64,000 nucleotides of DNA from Lama guanicoe. Its lineage: Eukaryota. The notes beneath the pieces are model-generated. The model was not told the DNA's origin, did not search any database, and saw nothing but the letters and a program-made list of their open reading frames with translations. Numbering within the stretch: position 1 is the first letter of the stretch; every line of letters begins with the position of its first letter. Positions 48,468-61,600 of the stretch are shown piece by piece. The stretch is from positions 20,543,082 through 20,607,081 of the forward strand of contig MU054323.1 in NCBI GenBank assembly GCA_013239625.1. The letters run 5' to 3'. The position numbers were made by a program, and so were the translations under genes.

Positions 48468-50199
48468 TGCATTAGTCTGCTTGGGCTGCTGTAATAAAAT
48501 CTCACAGACCGAGTGGCTTAAACAACAGAAATTGATCTTCTCATAGCTCTGGCGGCTGGAAGCCCAAGGTCATGGTGCCAGCCAGGTTGGTTTCTGGTGA
48601 GACCTGTCTCTTCGGCTGGCAGATGCACCTTCTTGGCCTTTACTCTGTGTACCTTCACCCCAATCCAACAGCACCCAAAGTCTTAATCAATTTCAGCATC
48701 AATTCCAAGTCCAAAGTCTCACTAAATGTCATTTAAATCAGGTATGGGTGAGACTTGAAGTATGATTCATCCTGAGGCAAATTTCTTTTCCAGCTGGGAA
48801 CCTCTGAAACCAGATGAGTTACGTACTTCCAAAACACAATGGTGAGGCAGGCATGGTGCAGACACTCCCATTCCAAAAGGGAGAAATTGAAAAGAAAGGG
48901 GTAATAGGTCCCAAGCCAGCCCAAAACTAGCAAGGCAGATTCCATTTGATCTTAAGGGTCCAGAATGACCTTCTTTAGCTCAATGTCCTACCCTCCATGC
49001 CCACTGAGGGAGGAGCATCACCCCCACAACCCTGGGCAGTGGCCTTGCGCACTCAGCTCTACTGCGCAGCCTCGATCCTGATGGCATCCTGGCCCTCTGG
49101 AACTGAGGAGTTGGCCCCACCCCCTGAAACAAGGAGGAAGCATTCTTGTCCCCTGGGCCTGGGGTGGGAGTGGCAGCCCTGATGATCTCTCCATCATCTT
49201 CATGGTCATTTTCCCCCTTTCTTGAGGGATAATCATGTCTGAAGCTGTCCTGTCTTGTAGATCCCGCAAATCCAACAGCCTTTCTTCACTCCGTTTTCTC
49301 TTTCTCGCCTCTCTTTCGTTCCAGCTGACAGGGATTCTGCTGGTATCATGCCATCTCTCTCCCTGGCTTCAGCTGAGACAGCTGATTACATTTGTGAGTA
49401 ATCTTTATATGGAATGATCATCCAGCCACACCTTTGGTGTTCTCTCCAGAACGCTGCTTTCTTATTTTTCGAAATATGAGTAGGCTGAACATTTTCCGAA
49501 TCTTCAAATTCTGGATACTTTTTGCTTAACAATTCCTTCAATTTATCTCTTTCCTCTCACATTTTACTATAGGCAGTATCCATTGTCAACATTTTGCTTA
49601 GAAAGTTCTTCTGACGAATAGCTGAGGTTATCACACACAAGTTCTGCCTTCCACATAACACTGGAACACAGTTGAGCCAAGTTCTTTGCTAATTTATAAC
49701 AAGGATCACCTTTCCCCAAACTTCCAATACCATGTTCCCCCTGAGAGCTCACTGGAAGCAGCATTACTGTCCGCATTCCAGCAGCGTTCTCTTCATAATG
49801 GTACAACTACTCTCTCCGGCTTTCTCTCCAGCTCTCCCTTTTTCTAAGTCTTCACCAAAATCGCCTTTAATGTTCCTATTTCCACCAACAGTCCCTTCAC
49901 GGTAATCTAGGATTTTTTTTTTAATGTGTGTGTGTGTGTGTGTGTGTGTGTGGTGGTGGTGGTGGTGGAAGAGCTAATTAGGTTTATTCATTCATTCATT
50001 CATTCATTTAATGGAGATACTGGGGATTGAACCCAGGACCTTGTGCATCCTAAGCATGTGTTCTACAACTGAGCTATCTACAATTTTTCTAGCATGCATC
50101 TCAAAACTTTTCTAGCCTCTACCTATTACCCAGTTCAAAAGCCACTTCCATGTTTCTAAGTTTTTGCTCTATCAGTGCCCTATTCTCATTACCTTGATC
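48468..50199 (-). mobile_element. MaLR MLT1A/B-like partial LTR (48468-~48650) plus MLT1 internal region
   Basis: TGCATTAGTCTGCTTGGGCTGCTGTAATAAAATCTCACAGACCGAGTGGCTTAAACAACAG; the internal remnant ORF 49567-49806 contains KGDPCYKLAKNLAQL, typical of MaLR-int. Confidence 0.85.
49913..50077 (-). mobile_element. tRNA-derived SINE (Vic-1-like) with (TG)n/(GGT)n microsatellites in its tail, nested in MLT1-int
   Basis: TAATTAGGTTTATT...AATGGAGATACTGGGGATTGAACCCAGGACC...CTAAGCATG...ACTGAGCTAT. Confidence 0.9.
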
Positions 50200-50646
50200 T
50201 GTATTATTTAGGGTTCTCCAAAGAAACAAAATGAACAGCATTTATCTATAGATCTAGATCTAGCTCTACAGATAAGGAAGTTTATCATAAGGAATTATGC
50301 AGTTATGGAAGCTGGTAAGTCCAAAACCTGCAGAGCCACTGTCCCAGTTCGAGTCTGAAGGCTGACAGGCTGCTGTAGAAGCAGGAAAAGCTGCTGTCCC
50401 AGTTTGAAATCTCTCAGACAAAAGAATTCTCTCTTGCTCAGGAGAAGGTCAGCCTTTTGCTCTATTCAAGCCTTCAACTGATTAGATGAGGCCCACCCAC
50501 ATTATGGAGGTCAATTTACTGGTCTACCAATTTAAATACTAATCGCATTCAAAAATACCTTCACAGAAACACTCAGAATAATGTTTGACCAATCATCTGG
50601 GCACTCCATGGCCTAGTCAAACTGACACATAAAATTAACCATCATA
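50200..50646 (-). mobile_element. ERVL MLT2-like LTR
   Basis: TGTATTATTTAGGGTTCTCCAAAGAAACA...GATGAGGCCCACCCACATTATGGAGG...TGACACATAAAATTAACCATCA. Confidence 0.85.
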
Positions 50647-50784
50647 GGAATCATATAAGAAGGTTGATGTGATCAAGGCTCAATGAGTATCCAGGACCAA
50701 TCTTAAGTAAAGGATAAGCCCAGAGCTGACACTGTGGTTTGTCAACCACTCGTTTTTCACACATTTATTACACACCTACTGTAA

Positions 50785-51280
50785 GCATTTCAGTTATCTA
50801 TTGCTATGTAACAAATCATCCCAAAACTTAGTACCTCAAAAGAGCAACAATTTATTCTTTCTCATGATTCTGTGGATCAGGATTTTGGGCCGGGCTTAGA
50901 TGGGTGGTTCTTCTGCTCCAGGTGACATCAGTTCATGCCACTCTTTTAGCGGGGCTAGGTTAGAAAATACAAGAAAACCTCACTAAAGTATTTGGTTTGT
51001 TATCTCCTCCACATGGTCTTTCAATCTCCAAGCGCTATCTTGTCCTTCACAAGTTTCTTGACAGCTTGGTGGCTGGCTTCACTAAGAGTGTTCAAAGAGG
51101 ACAAGTCCCAAGAAGAGAAGCAAGCACTTGTCAGGTCTTTGCTTGCATCATGCTTCTAATGGCACATTGGCCAGAGCCAGTCACATGCCCAAGCCCACGT
51201 GTGGGAGAGGACTATACAAGGGCATGAAGACCAAACATGTGTGGTTCTTTGGGGGCCCCCAATGTAACCGTCCACCAGCA
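50785..51280 (-). mobile_element. MaLR MLT1 solo LTR
   Basis: CAGTTATCTATTGCTATGTAACAAATCATCCCAAAACTTAGT...CATTGGCCAGAGCCAGTCACATG. Confidence 0.8.
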
Positions 51281-51550
51281 TATGAGGGGACACCAGTCCT
51301 GACTCTTGTCCTCAAGGATGTCACACTCCAGCACAGCACTTCCACATGTATTGGAGCACAGCATCTCAATATCCTACAATACACAAGCCCTAATATGAAT
51401 CCCTGCTGTTTTCAGAGAAAGCGTCTCATTTTGTAAAGGCGGGTTATCACATGATGTGTATGCACGTATTTGTCACTTTCCACACACATACTTTAGCAAA
51501 ATAAATTTTATAGGAAAATATTGCTAGTTTGGCATGTATGTAGGAGAATA

Positions 51551-51766
51551 CAGCTGACCCTTAAACAACACAGATTTGAAACGCATGGGTCCAGTTATAC
51601 TCCGATTTTTTTTCAACATTAAATACTACAATACTACACAATCAGAAGTTGGTTGAAATCCCAATGCAGAACTACGGCTGCAGAGGGCCGACTGTAAGTT
51701 ACACATGGCTTTTCAACTGTGTCAGGGTCGGCACTCCTAACCTCCTTGCTGGTCAAGGGTCAAATG
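51551..51766. mobile_element. MER8/Tigger2-like TcMar MITE
   Basis: TA|CAGCTGACCCTTAAACAAC...GGTCAAGGGTCAAATG terminal inverted repeats; ~216 bp. Confidence 0.8.
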
Positions 51767-52929
51767 CACTTTACTGTATTTCATGACACGCTAATGTGGC
51801 TCAGAAGACAGTTTTGGAAATACTGGCCTGGTGACTCCCAGCAGGTTGGTGGAAGAGGCCTTTGGCTTCTAGGACCACAGACACAAATGGTCCATGGTGG
51901 ATCGGAGACAGCTTGTCCCAGCGGGTTGGAAGGCCCAGGATTTCTGTGGGACTATCTGTACCCATGGCCATGAGTGATGGGAGGTCAGAGGGTATCATTC
52001 CTACACCAGTGGAGTGGGGGCTGAGACAACATGTGTCAAGTGACCCCAGCACGTCATGCTCTGTCACTCTGTGCCCTCTCTGCACCTGGCACATGGCTCA
52101 CACACTGAACACCACCCAACCCATCACATCTGACCCCATTTCAGAATGATTGAGAGCAACAGGAGGCAGTTCTCAAGGGCTTGAAAGTTCCATCCCAAAG
52201 CCCAGTCTCCAAAGCACTGCAGAAAGAGAGGTCGCTAGCTCCCAGCAGGGCCACCAGCCAGCGGGCTGAGGTTGCTCAGAGCACTTTGTGGATTGTCTGC
52301 TGCAGAATCTCCAGTGGCGGCTAGACGATTCCAGTGCCTTAGGCTGGGAGGGGGGCCAGACATCTGCACTCTTAGCCTAGATCATGGGTCACAGGGTGCT
52401 GGTCCCTCTCCAGATTTAGGGTTTCCATGTAGTTATTTTTGAAAGGTCCCTATGGGGTGAGGGAGGGGAGGGACACCAACCCTGAGGTGTAGCCCTAGAT
52501 GATGTCCACTGCAGGTAGGATGTAGCAGCCAGAGATTCGAGAAGCTTCACACGCCAAATGGACTTTTCATTTTCAGACTCTTGAGGTAGATAGATTTCTC
52601 TTACAACTTCAGAGACAACTCGCCTCTACAGGTTCCCTTCACAGAACAATTCCCAGAGATTAAATCTGTTTTGAGTTGTATTTTGAAAAAAGGGGAAATT
52701 GGATCCTGGTTCTGGGTGGGAGGAGGAGTGAGGGGAGGGGAAGGGAAGTTCAGAAAGGAGGCAAAAGGCACAGATTTTCAGAAACTTCCTCATGGTTTCC
52801 TCCCCTCTGCATCTTATCCTATGCACTCTGACCCCACCAAGACAAACCCTGGAGGGACACACCCTCCCTCCTTCCCTGCCTCCCTCCCTCTCATTCCAAA
52901 GGCACCCACAGTCCTCTCATAACCAGGGT

Positions 52930-53362
52930 CAAGTGAAATAAGTCAGTTTGGTCTCACTTATATGTGGAATCTAAAAAATAAACAGAGCTCATAGAAGCAG
53001 AGAACAGACTGACGGTTACCAGAGGCAGAGCTGGTGGGTAGGGAAAATACGTGAAGGTAGTCAAAAGGCAAAACTTCGAGTTATAAGATTAATAAGCTCT
53101 GAAATGTAATATACAGCAGGGTGACTACACTTAACGATACTACCTTGTATATTTGAAAGTCACTAAGAGAGTAGATCTCTAAAGTTCTTACCGCAAGAAA
53201 AAAATTGCAGCTATGTGAGGTGATGGATGTTAGTTAAACTTACTGTGATACTCAATTCATAATTCAATCGTACATCAAATCATTGTTGCTCACCTTAAAC
53301 CTACACACTGTTATATGTCAATTACATCTCAATAGGCCTGGAAAAAAAATTTTTAAATAAAA
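52930..53362 (+). mobile_element. L1 (L1MA-like) 3' end
   Basis: CTCACTTATATGTGGAATCTAAAAA...TTGAAAGTCACTAAGAGAGTAGATCT...GTCAATTACATCTCAATA followed by an A-rich tail. Confidence 0.85.
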
Positions 53363-53796
53363 GGCATTGATCTACAGTGAGTTCAAGATTAACTCCAGTG
53401 TCACACATTTGGAATGCAGATATTCTGGGTTAGCTCAGCCTGATGGTTTAACAAGCAGTCAAACTGGAGCTAGAGTCGACAGCCTGCAGGAGGGCACTAT
53501 TTATGAATTGCAGAAGATCGTCATTATAATGTCCTAATTCCTGTGACAATACACTTACCAAGTTGCTTGTATATTTGCACATCTGCATCTGTGTTCATAT
53601 TGTGTGAGTCCTCTCGCCACTTAAACAACAATACAAAACCAAACCAAACCAAACTCAGGGCCCCCTTCTCACCAGGTTACCAGCTCTGCCTGAGGCCATC
53701 CCCTCAAAGCCTTCTCTCCAGAACGCCCCAGGCCCCAGCGCCCTGGCTATGGCCACACACTCCATACTAGGGGGAGGGATGTCAGAGGGCAATGCC

Positions 53797-54224
53797 TTTT
53801 TTTTTTTTAACTTATAGTGAAAAATTGTATGTTTAGAGTTAGCCAGCCGGACTCAGTTTAGATGATCCCAATTTTGTTGGCAACATCCACAGCATCACAG
53901 TCAGGAGCCTTCTCCTCGCCGTCAGGCCTGATCAGGGTGTTGACCTTGGCCATGTCAATGTCATAGAGCTTCTTCACAGCCTGTCCCATCTGGTGCTTGT
54001 TGGCCTTGACCTCCACAAAGAACACAAGTGTGTTACTGTCTTCCATTTCTCCAAAGCTGACTCACTGGTCCAGGGGAACTAAATGATGGCATGGAGTTCA
54101 AGCTTGTTTCTCCTGGGGGTGCTCTTCTGAGGATAATTGGGCTGCCTTCTGCGCCACAATGTTTTGGACCCTTGGAAGGTGGGTGACATTCAGATCTTTT
54201 TTGTGTTTATGTGGCTGTGGACAC
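53797..54224 (-). pseudogene. RPL23A: Processed pseudogene of 60S ribosomal protein L23a, 5'-truncated
   Basis: Intronless minus-strand translation [33 protein letters not shown]...[49 protein letters not shown]; 3' UTR start TAAACTGAGTCC; poly(A) 53797-53808; TSD CAGAGGGCAA(T/C)GC at 53783-53795 and 54224-54236; two premature stops and at least one frameshift. Confidence 0.95.
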
Positions 54225-54442
54225 AGAGGGCAACGCTTAATCCGAGCTTCAAGGCTGGCTCAGTCAGTGCAGGTGGGAGCATCCTTGGGGTCTTCCTGGG
54301 AGTCCTATGGGCAGACACAGTCCACCCACACACTGACCCATACCTTCAGTTTACCCATCATGTTTCTGTCTGATTTCTCCCAGTTTCTGTGACTCTTACC
54401 TACACTCTATTCTAAGTCCCTCCTGTGGGTTTTCCCTCTAGA

Positions 54443-54945
54443 GCAGGTGCACTTAACCCAAAGACCACACATACACATCCCACAGTAGAGGTCTGTGGAT
54501 AGAGTTCAGGGATCCACGACTTTGGGTGGGAAAAATATATGTCTTTATTTTCACTAGCGTCTAGCTGAAATGTAGCATTTCCTTTCATTGTAAATGCAGG
54601 GAACGGCCGATAGTAATATTGGCAGAAACTGTGACTTTGTCACCAATAGAAATCACAGGCATTTTGAGATCACATTAGATGTGTTGCCAATCATTTGAAA
54701 TATCCACCCGTCACTACTTTAGAACGATCACTCCTATAGTGTCGATAAAGAAGCACAGCTATTGCCCTTCCATAAAGCCCTTTCCTTCATATTTTGATAT
54801 CTGTATTTTCATACCACGGTTTCTTTCCCAGTCCTATCTATGGATTTGCTTTTATACGTTTGAAAACATCATTCCAAGAAAAAATCCACAGGCTTCGCCA
54901 GATGCCCGTTGGGTCCATGGTCCATGAAAGGTCAAATCCCAGAGT
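54443..54945. mobile_element. hAT-Charlie (MER113-like) DNA transposon
   Basis: TCTTTATTTTCACTAG...TGTGACTTTGTCACCAATAGAAATCACAG...GGGTCCATGG. Confidence 0.65.
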
Positions 54946-55401
54946 CCTAAGGCCTAATAGTCCTCAGACTTTTTCTAGTGTGAAAACCCGAAGAACGTCC
55001 TTCTAGCCTAGTAATTACACTTTTGGTATTTTCTTGAGAAAAGGTTTTAAGAGCCAAAAGCTATTATGTAATGCTTGCCTTTAAACAAATGTGCATTTTA
55101 TTCATCACAATGGTATCTCTTGACTTTTGAAAAACAGTGGCCACATCTGCAGATCTCCCGTTGACCAGTCTGGTTTCCAGACCCGGTGCAGTAACCCTGA
55201 TCCCACACTCAGGCCCACTGAGCTGGAACATGTGACCCACAGGCAAAGCCCTGGGTCTCAGAGCTGTCACCCCCACTGCTCCTGACACAAGGCTGGCCCT
55301 AAGAGACACTCGACTTGGATTGACTTGAGACAGCTGTCCTTGGGTGGAACATGGCTAAAGCCTCCCCACTTCTTCACCAGCCCTCAGCCCCTGGCCCTGA
55401 T

Positions 55402-55580
55402 GTAGAGTTATCAGGGTCAGCCAATAAAAATACAGGATGTCCAGTTAAATTCGAATTTCAGACCAATAGCGAATCTTTTTTTTTCTTTCCGCAAACCATT
55501 TTTAGTATAAGCACGTCCCAAGCAATAGTCAGGACACACTAATGCTAAAATAGCTCTTCGTTGTTTATTGGGGGAACCCT
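55402..55580. mobile_element. MER53-like hAT MITE
   Basis: AATAAAAATACAGGATGTCCAGTTAAATTCGAATTTCAGA...TTTAGTATAAGCACGTCCCAAGCAATA. Confidence 0.8.
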
Positions 55581-56158
55581 ACCCGCTCTAGGAGGCTGTT
55601 CACAGAGAAGTCCCTGCGTAGGCCCAGCTGAAGGCTAGGTTCTCTGCTGAGACTCTTACCCCTGCCCGAGGTCTAGTCCTGAGAAGGGACCATTCAGAGA
55701 AGGGCGTGGGGCCAGGGAGACCCCTGACAGCAGCCCACAGCCCTATCAGTCCCAACCTCAATCATCCCCGTCACCAGCTGGTCTCAGGACCCACCCCCTC
55801 CCCCAGTCAGTCAAATGCGAGAACTGGTCCAGGGAGGAACTCTAAGCTCCCTCCTTGCTCAGAGTCAGATTTAGTAAGCACTCTTAGCTTAAGGAAAGGA
55901 GACTCTTTAACCTCTGCTTGCATGAAAAGGACATTTCCGAATCCAGCATGGCTTCCAAGCCCAGCCCTCTTTAGGAAGTAGCCTGCCCCCCTCCAGTCAC
56001 CTCAGCCCCAGAGCCCCCCACTCAGCTGAGGTTCCCACAAATCAAACCTACAGGGACACTGGGGGGAAGGACCTAAACTACCAGGTACCCACAAAAACAC
56101 ACACAGCAGCAAAAACAAAAGCACAGAGCTACACAGACGCGTTCCCTTAAACAGTGAG

Positions 56159-56652
56159 GTCCCATCAACAGATGAACTGATAAACATACGGTATCTTTGC
56201 AATGGAAGACCGCTCAGCCATAAAAAGGATGAAATTTTGCCATTTGTGACAACATAGGTGGACCTTGAGGGTATTATGCTAAGTGAAATAAATCAGATGG
56301 AAAGAAACAAGTGCCACGTGATTTCACGCCCATGTGGAATCTAAAAACAAGCAACAACAGTGACAACCCCCCACCAAAATAAAAGAACAAACCAAACATA
56401 AACTAAAACTTGGACGCAGAGAACAGAGTAGCAGTTACCAGAGGGGAAGGGGTGGAGGATAGGGAGGGCGAAGTGGGTAAAGGGAATAAACTATACTGAC
56501 AGACAGAAACTATATTTTTGGTTGTGAGCACACTGTACAGTGTATAGAATTTGAAATATAATGTCATGCACATGAAGCATATAATGCTATAAATCAATAT
56601 TACCTCAATAAAAAACAAATCTAAAATTTGAAAAAGAAAGAAAGAATGACAG
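56159..56652 (+). mobile_element. 5'-truncated L1 with probable TSD
   Basis: CAGCCATAAAAAGGATGAAATTTTGCCATTTG...GGGTATTATGCTAAGTGAAATA; TSD AAACAGTG(A/G)G at 56149-56158 (after TT, an L1 endonuclease-like site) and 56653-56662. Confidence 0.85.
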
Positions 56653-57059
56653 AAACAGTGGGACAGATAAACCCAGAGGGTCAGACACACAGAGAAACCC
56701 TCACACACACACAGGACGGGAAAATGTTCTCATCTGCACACACGCCCTCCCAGAGCACACAGCACACCCCGCCCACACACCCAGACTGAGCACAAGTCAT
56801 ACACTTTTGCTGAAGGCAGCAGGAACACAGCCGATTCCAGTTGCATCCCCAGCCACCCCATCTGGATGGTCATCCTGAACCGCAGATGTCCAAGGTGATT
56901 CTCGGGCTAAAGCTTCCACCCAACCATGCCTCCTCAAGACATGAAAAACAAAACAAAACAAAACAAAACTCGAAAGCGCTTTGTTTTTCACATCAAGTTA
57001 AAGCAATAGATTACCTAGAAGCTGGAATCTGGAGCGATGTTCCCCTAAATGGTGATGAT

Positions 57060-57240
57060 GATGGTGATAACAGCAACCACAATCACCAGCTTTACCGAGC
57101 GCTGGCCCTCCCCCCAGAAACTGTGCTGCGTGCTGTGCATACATGACTCCACTCAACCCTGCCAACAGCCCATGAGGGAGGAACTGTTCTTAGGCCCACT
57201 AACAGATGAGGAAACTGAGGCGTTAATGTCTCAGAGAGAG
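57060..57240 (-). mobile_element. MIR SINE
   Basis: CAACAGCCCATGAGG...ACAGATGAGGAAACTGAGGC. Confidence 0.75.
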
Positions 57241-58474
57241 TCCAGCCTCTGGATCCAGGGTGAACTGCAAAATACACCCTTCACCCCAAGGCCGTCACAG
57301 TGGAAGACCCGTGGCTGTCCCAGCTCAGTCTCTGTGCAGTGTGTGTACACATGCACATGCACACACGTGCACGCACACGTGAACATGTGCACGCCCCACC
57401 CCGCAGGAGGAGCTGTCAGGCAACATTTTCATCGTGGAAGGTGCTGGAGGGGCGCTGACTGGCAGAGAGCTTTTAAGCTAGTACTGCCTCCTGTTTGTTC
57501 TTCTTGGACCTGTCTTTCTCAGGACAGGCTTGGCCCCTCAGTGAGGCTGGTCTAGGAGCTCTGGGGAGAGACTTACTCACAGTCCCCTCGTTAACTGAGC
57601 CCCAGGGACCCTCCCGGAGTAAGGGGGCTGAGAAGGCCAGCTTCACCCTGCCCTCCTTGTGGACCCCTGCCCTGGAGCACCAGAGCCACAGTGAAAGAGC
57701 TCTTCATAGGAAGAAGCTGCCGAGAGCGCTGGCCACCAGAGCCCACCCAGGGAGGACTCAGAGAAGGACCCTGAAGAGCCCCTGGAGAGGGTGGTCTCAG
57801 GGTGACGTGCCTCTGGGACATTCTTAACCCCAACCAAAGGTGGGGGTGGGGCACCCTTCGTAGCCTCCACCTCTGCTTTGGGGCCTGGCTAACAGCTGCT
57901 CCCAGCTGGAGACTCCATGCCCCCTACCCAGTCAGTCCCCAGGCAGCTTTGATGAAGCCTATCAAAGCATTCTTGTTCTTACAGCTGTTTCCTGGGAGGG
58001 CAGTTGGAGCTACAATAACCCCCCACATCTGTCTAAGGGGCTGGTGGCTGGTACTCCACCCTCAGCCCTGCTGGATGCTCCTGCCCATCAGCAGGGGGGG
58101 AAATGACTGCACATCCGAGAGATACAGTTTAGGACTTTCGACCAGTAGGAATGGAAGGGAACTACTAAACCCATTTTACAGGTGACTACACTGAGGTCAC
58201 AGCACCCCCTGTTCCCAAAGGGCTCTGCACACAGAGCCTGCTTCCCCTTGGCTTCTCCAGGCAGGCCCTGGCTCCTCCTCCTCTGGCTCAAGTCACCTCC
58301 ACCTACTCAAGACACAACTGACCCAGAAAGGGAATTGGAAGGCACATGGGATTATCAAGGCAAGGGGAAGCTGGTGTCTGTTATGAAGCACCTGCTCTGT
58401 CCCTTTCCCCAGCATGAGCCATTGCCCCTTTTTTGGCCACTATTTTAGTCCTCAATCTGCAGGTTTATTTAAGC

Positions 58475-58688
58475 CAGGATGTCTCCACTTTGACGCTATT
58501 GACATTTGGGGCGGAATACTTCTTTGTTGTGGGGACTGTCCTATGCATTGTAGGACTGTTGGGCAGCATCCTTGGTCTCCACCACTAGATGCCAGTAGTA
58601 CCACCTCCCAACTCTGACAATCAAAATTATCTCCAGACTTTGCCAGATGTCCCCTGAGGGCAAAATCGTGTCCAGGTGAGAACTACTG
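58475..58688. mobile_element. MER20 hAT-Charlie MITE
   Basis: CTATTGACATTTGGGGC...GGACTGTCCTATGCATTGTAGGA...TGAGAACTACTG; 8-bp flanks ATTTAAGC / ATGTAAGT resemble a decayed TSD. Confidence 0.85.
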
Positions 58689-61600
58689 ATGTAAGTGGAC
58701 TTAACGGGACATGTATGGATGGTCCCATGTCTTACCATGGAAGGAGGTGACACAGGTATGCCCTCCTGAGGCCCAGAGCTTCTGTGGAACAGATAGGATA
58801 ATTAACGTACCCAGGACACAGCAGCATGTGCCAGGAGATCCTGGAAATGACTGAATTCTGGAAAATCATTGAGGAAAACTTCCTGGAAGAGGAGGATTGC
58901 GATCTGGTCCTTATATAAGAAGTCCAAGAAGGATGCAGTTTGAGGAGGAGGTTTCAAAGACAGTGAGCAGAGCCCGGGGTTGAGGGGTGAGAGAAGACTT
59001 TCCAAGGAGGGGCAGGAGGGTAACCACAGCTGGCTGGATTTTCATCTGGGGTGTGTTTTGCCTGCCTTCCTCCAGAGCAGGTCTTAGAGCCCAGAGCAGG
59101 GAAGATGCTGGGGATGAATGGGAAGGGAGAGGACAGGGGAATAGTGGTATGTCTGAGCTTCTAGGGAGCTAGTTAGGGGCTTATTTCTCCATGAATCCAC
59201 AGCAGCCAATACTGAATGCTGAAATAATGGAGCTGCTGCCGATGTGTCCTGAGGAGGCGGAAGGCGGGCCTGGGCTCTGGAGGGCTGGGGGACCATCGCT
59301 AGATGTTGAGGATGCTGATGAGAGGGCCTGGCCCAAGGGCAAGCAAAGGACCTGAGCAGCCCCTCGCTGTGATTTCTCAGGGTCCGCCCTCATCTATTGT
59401 CTCCCCCATGGACCCTGTGGGATGGGAGTGTAGTGGGGAGGTAGCTCTAATCAAGGGGAGCTGCTGGGCTTGGAGCAGACCATCCGGCTTCCTGCCAGGC
59501 TGCAGAACTTTCTCTCTGAAAGAGATTTGCAGGAGGAGAATGCTGAACCCCTGAGCCTAGGAAGTTCCCTTCTCAGGCAGAAGCACTAGCTCCCACCCCC
59601 AGTCTGGCCTTCCTGAGCCATGAGTGCACTTCCACTCTTGCAATGGGCTCCCAAAGGGCAGGGGCAACAAAGCGAAATTCGAAGTATGGGGCTGGTGCTG
59701 CCCACAGGGAGCTTCTGGGTGATCTGCCAGCAGGGGGTGCTGTGGACTCAGGTACAGGGCTTGGGCCACTAGAAGGGTGGAGACAGGGCTGGCCTCCTTC
59801 ACCTCCTGTTTACCCTTTTGTATCCCTCACTCCACCCGAGCTTGCCTGCCCTGTACACAGCAGGGTCTCCACCTCCTCCCAGCTTCCTATCTTAGCCCCT
59901 TTCTTCTCCTCTCCTCTGGACAAAGAAAGAGGAAAAGGAATTTTTATGCCCATTGTGCAGATGAGGAGACTGAGTGATACAGATGCAAAAAAAACTGGAA
60001 AAGACAACAGGAGAATGGATAGAGTCTTGGCTTTGGAGCCAGAAGACCCAAGTTTGCCATCATGCCAGGTCAGCATCTGGCTCCGTGTGGATGGGGGCAA
60101 ACTCGAGCCTTGATCAAACCGCTGTAGTCTCAGTAAGGGAGATGAGCGTGGCAGCCTGCATTGCCTCCTGCCTGAGAACAATTCTGACACTGGGTGTCAC
60201 AGCCCCATGTGGACAGCACTGGGTCCTGGAGGAAAGGCTGGCCAAAGGGGACAAGGTAATGGTTCTGTCATATCTGAAGGACAGCAGTAGAATGGACAGT
60301 CTTGGCTTTGGAACCAGAAGACCCAGGTTTGCCAGCATTCCAGGTCAGCATCTGGCTGCCTGGGTGTGAGGGATGGCTCAGGAGGTCTGATTGGTTCTAC
60401 TGGCTATTCTTAAGAGATGAGGATCTAAACTATTACAAAACTAGAGGGTGTGGGGAACGGAGAAGAGGGAATGAAGACTCACTCCAGATACCAGTGTAAG
60501 AATCCTCTAGATGAGATGGTGAATCAGATGCGGTGGACAAAAAGTAGTGGTCAAAGATGACTCAGCCTCTAGCTTGGGTGATGGAGAATCACTCATGAAC
60601 TAAGATCTTTGCACCCAAGTGAAGGAAGGGGCTAGTAAGAGAAAGATGACAAGCTCAATCTGGGATAAATGTGTCTGAGGTATGTGTAGGCTATAGAAGT
60701 GTAGGTGAGCCTTGGCCTCAAGGCTGAAGAGGATAAGAGCTCAAACTACATCTGAAACCGGGCTGCACTCTCCAACTGAGGAAAGCAGTCAGGTTTGACT
60801 AGAATTTGAGTTTAGTCTGCAGCCAAGTAGGGAAGTACTACAGCAGAACACCCACTAGGCTTAACTGAGGGCCCTGTGTTCTCAAACTTGAAAAAAGGAT
60901 CCAGGGGCCGAAGCTGACCACAAGCTAAGTTCAGCAATGGTGCCCATCATTCTCAAGGTGTGCACCTTGCTGAGAGCATTGGTGAGAACTCAATTCAGGG
61001 CCTAAAGGGAACCTAAAAGATTCCACGAGCAGATGTAGTCAACAGATTTAAAGTTCTCCACCAAAACCCTCCTTAACTCCCTTTTCCCTTCTCTAAAGGA
61101 CCCCAGCCTGTTGGCTGGCTCATAATCACCGCCAAACTCATTGGTTCCTCAATGGTTTCCCTCATTTGGCAGGTGGGGAAACAGAAGCCAAGAGAGACTG
61201 CGGTGCGTGGGGCTAAGCCCAGGCCTGCTCCTCCAGGCCTACCCCCTCCTTACTTGAAACAGCATTCTACAACATCCCAAGATGCCAAAGCAGCAGCCAG
61301 TGTTTGGGTGCAGAGTGGCCAGGCAGGGAGAATGGGGTTGGGGGGCGGAGGAACGAGAACAGCCCTGGCCCAGGTGTGCTATCTGCTCTCAGGATCTTTC
61401 ATCAGCTGCTGGGGTAACAGGAGTGACCTCAGTGGTGGGTTTTTTGGTTTTTTGTTTGTTTGTTTTTCTTTTTCCTTCTAAGAACAATTCATTTTGGTCA
61501 AGTAACTAGAGTAAAAATGACTGGTGTTGAGAAACCTCCCCCTCCCCTTTCCCCCAGCCCCAGGCAGTGACCTTTGAGGAACTGTCTCCTGGGGCCACAG

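Noticed and set aside
53858..54046. 62-aa RPL23A-like ORF as a functional gene
   Set aside because: It is part of a truncated retrocopy with upstream stops, a frameshift and an internal deletion
57338..57393. Alternating purine-pyrimidine tract (Z-DNA or hairpin potential); similar at 20845-20870
   Set aside because: Ordinary degenerate (CA/TG)n low-complexity sequence
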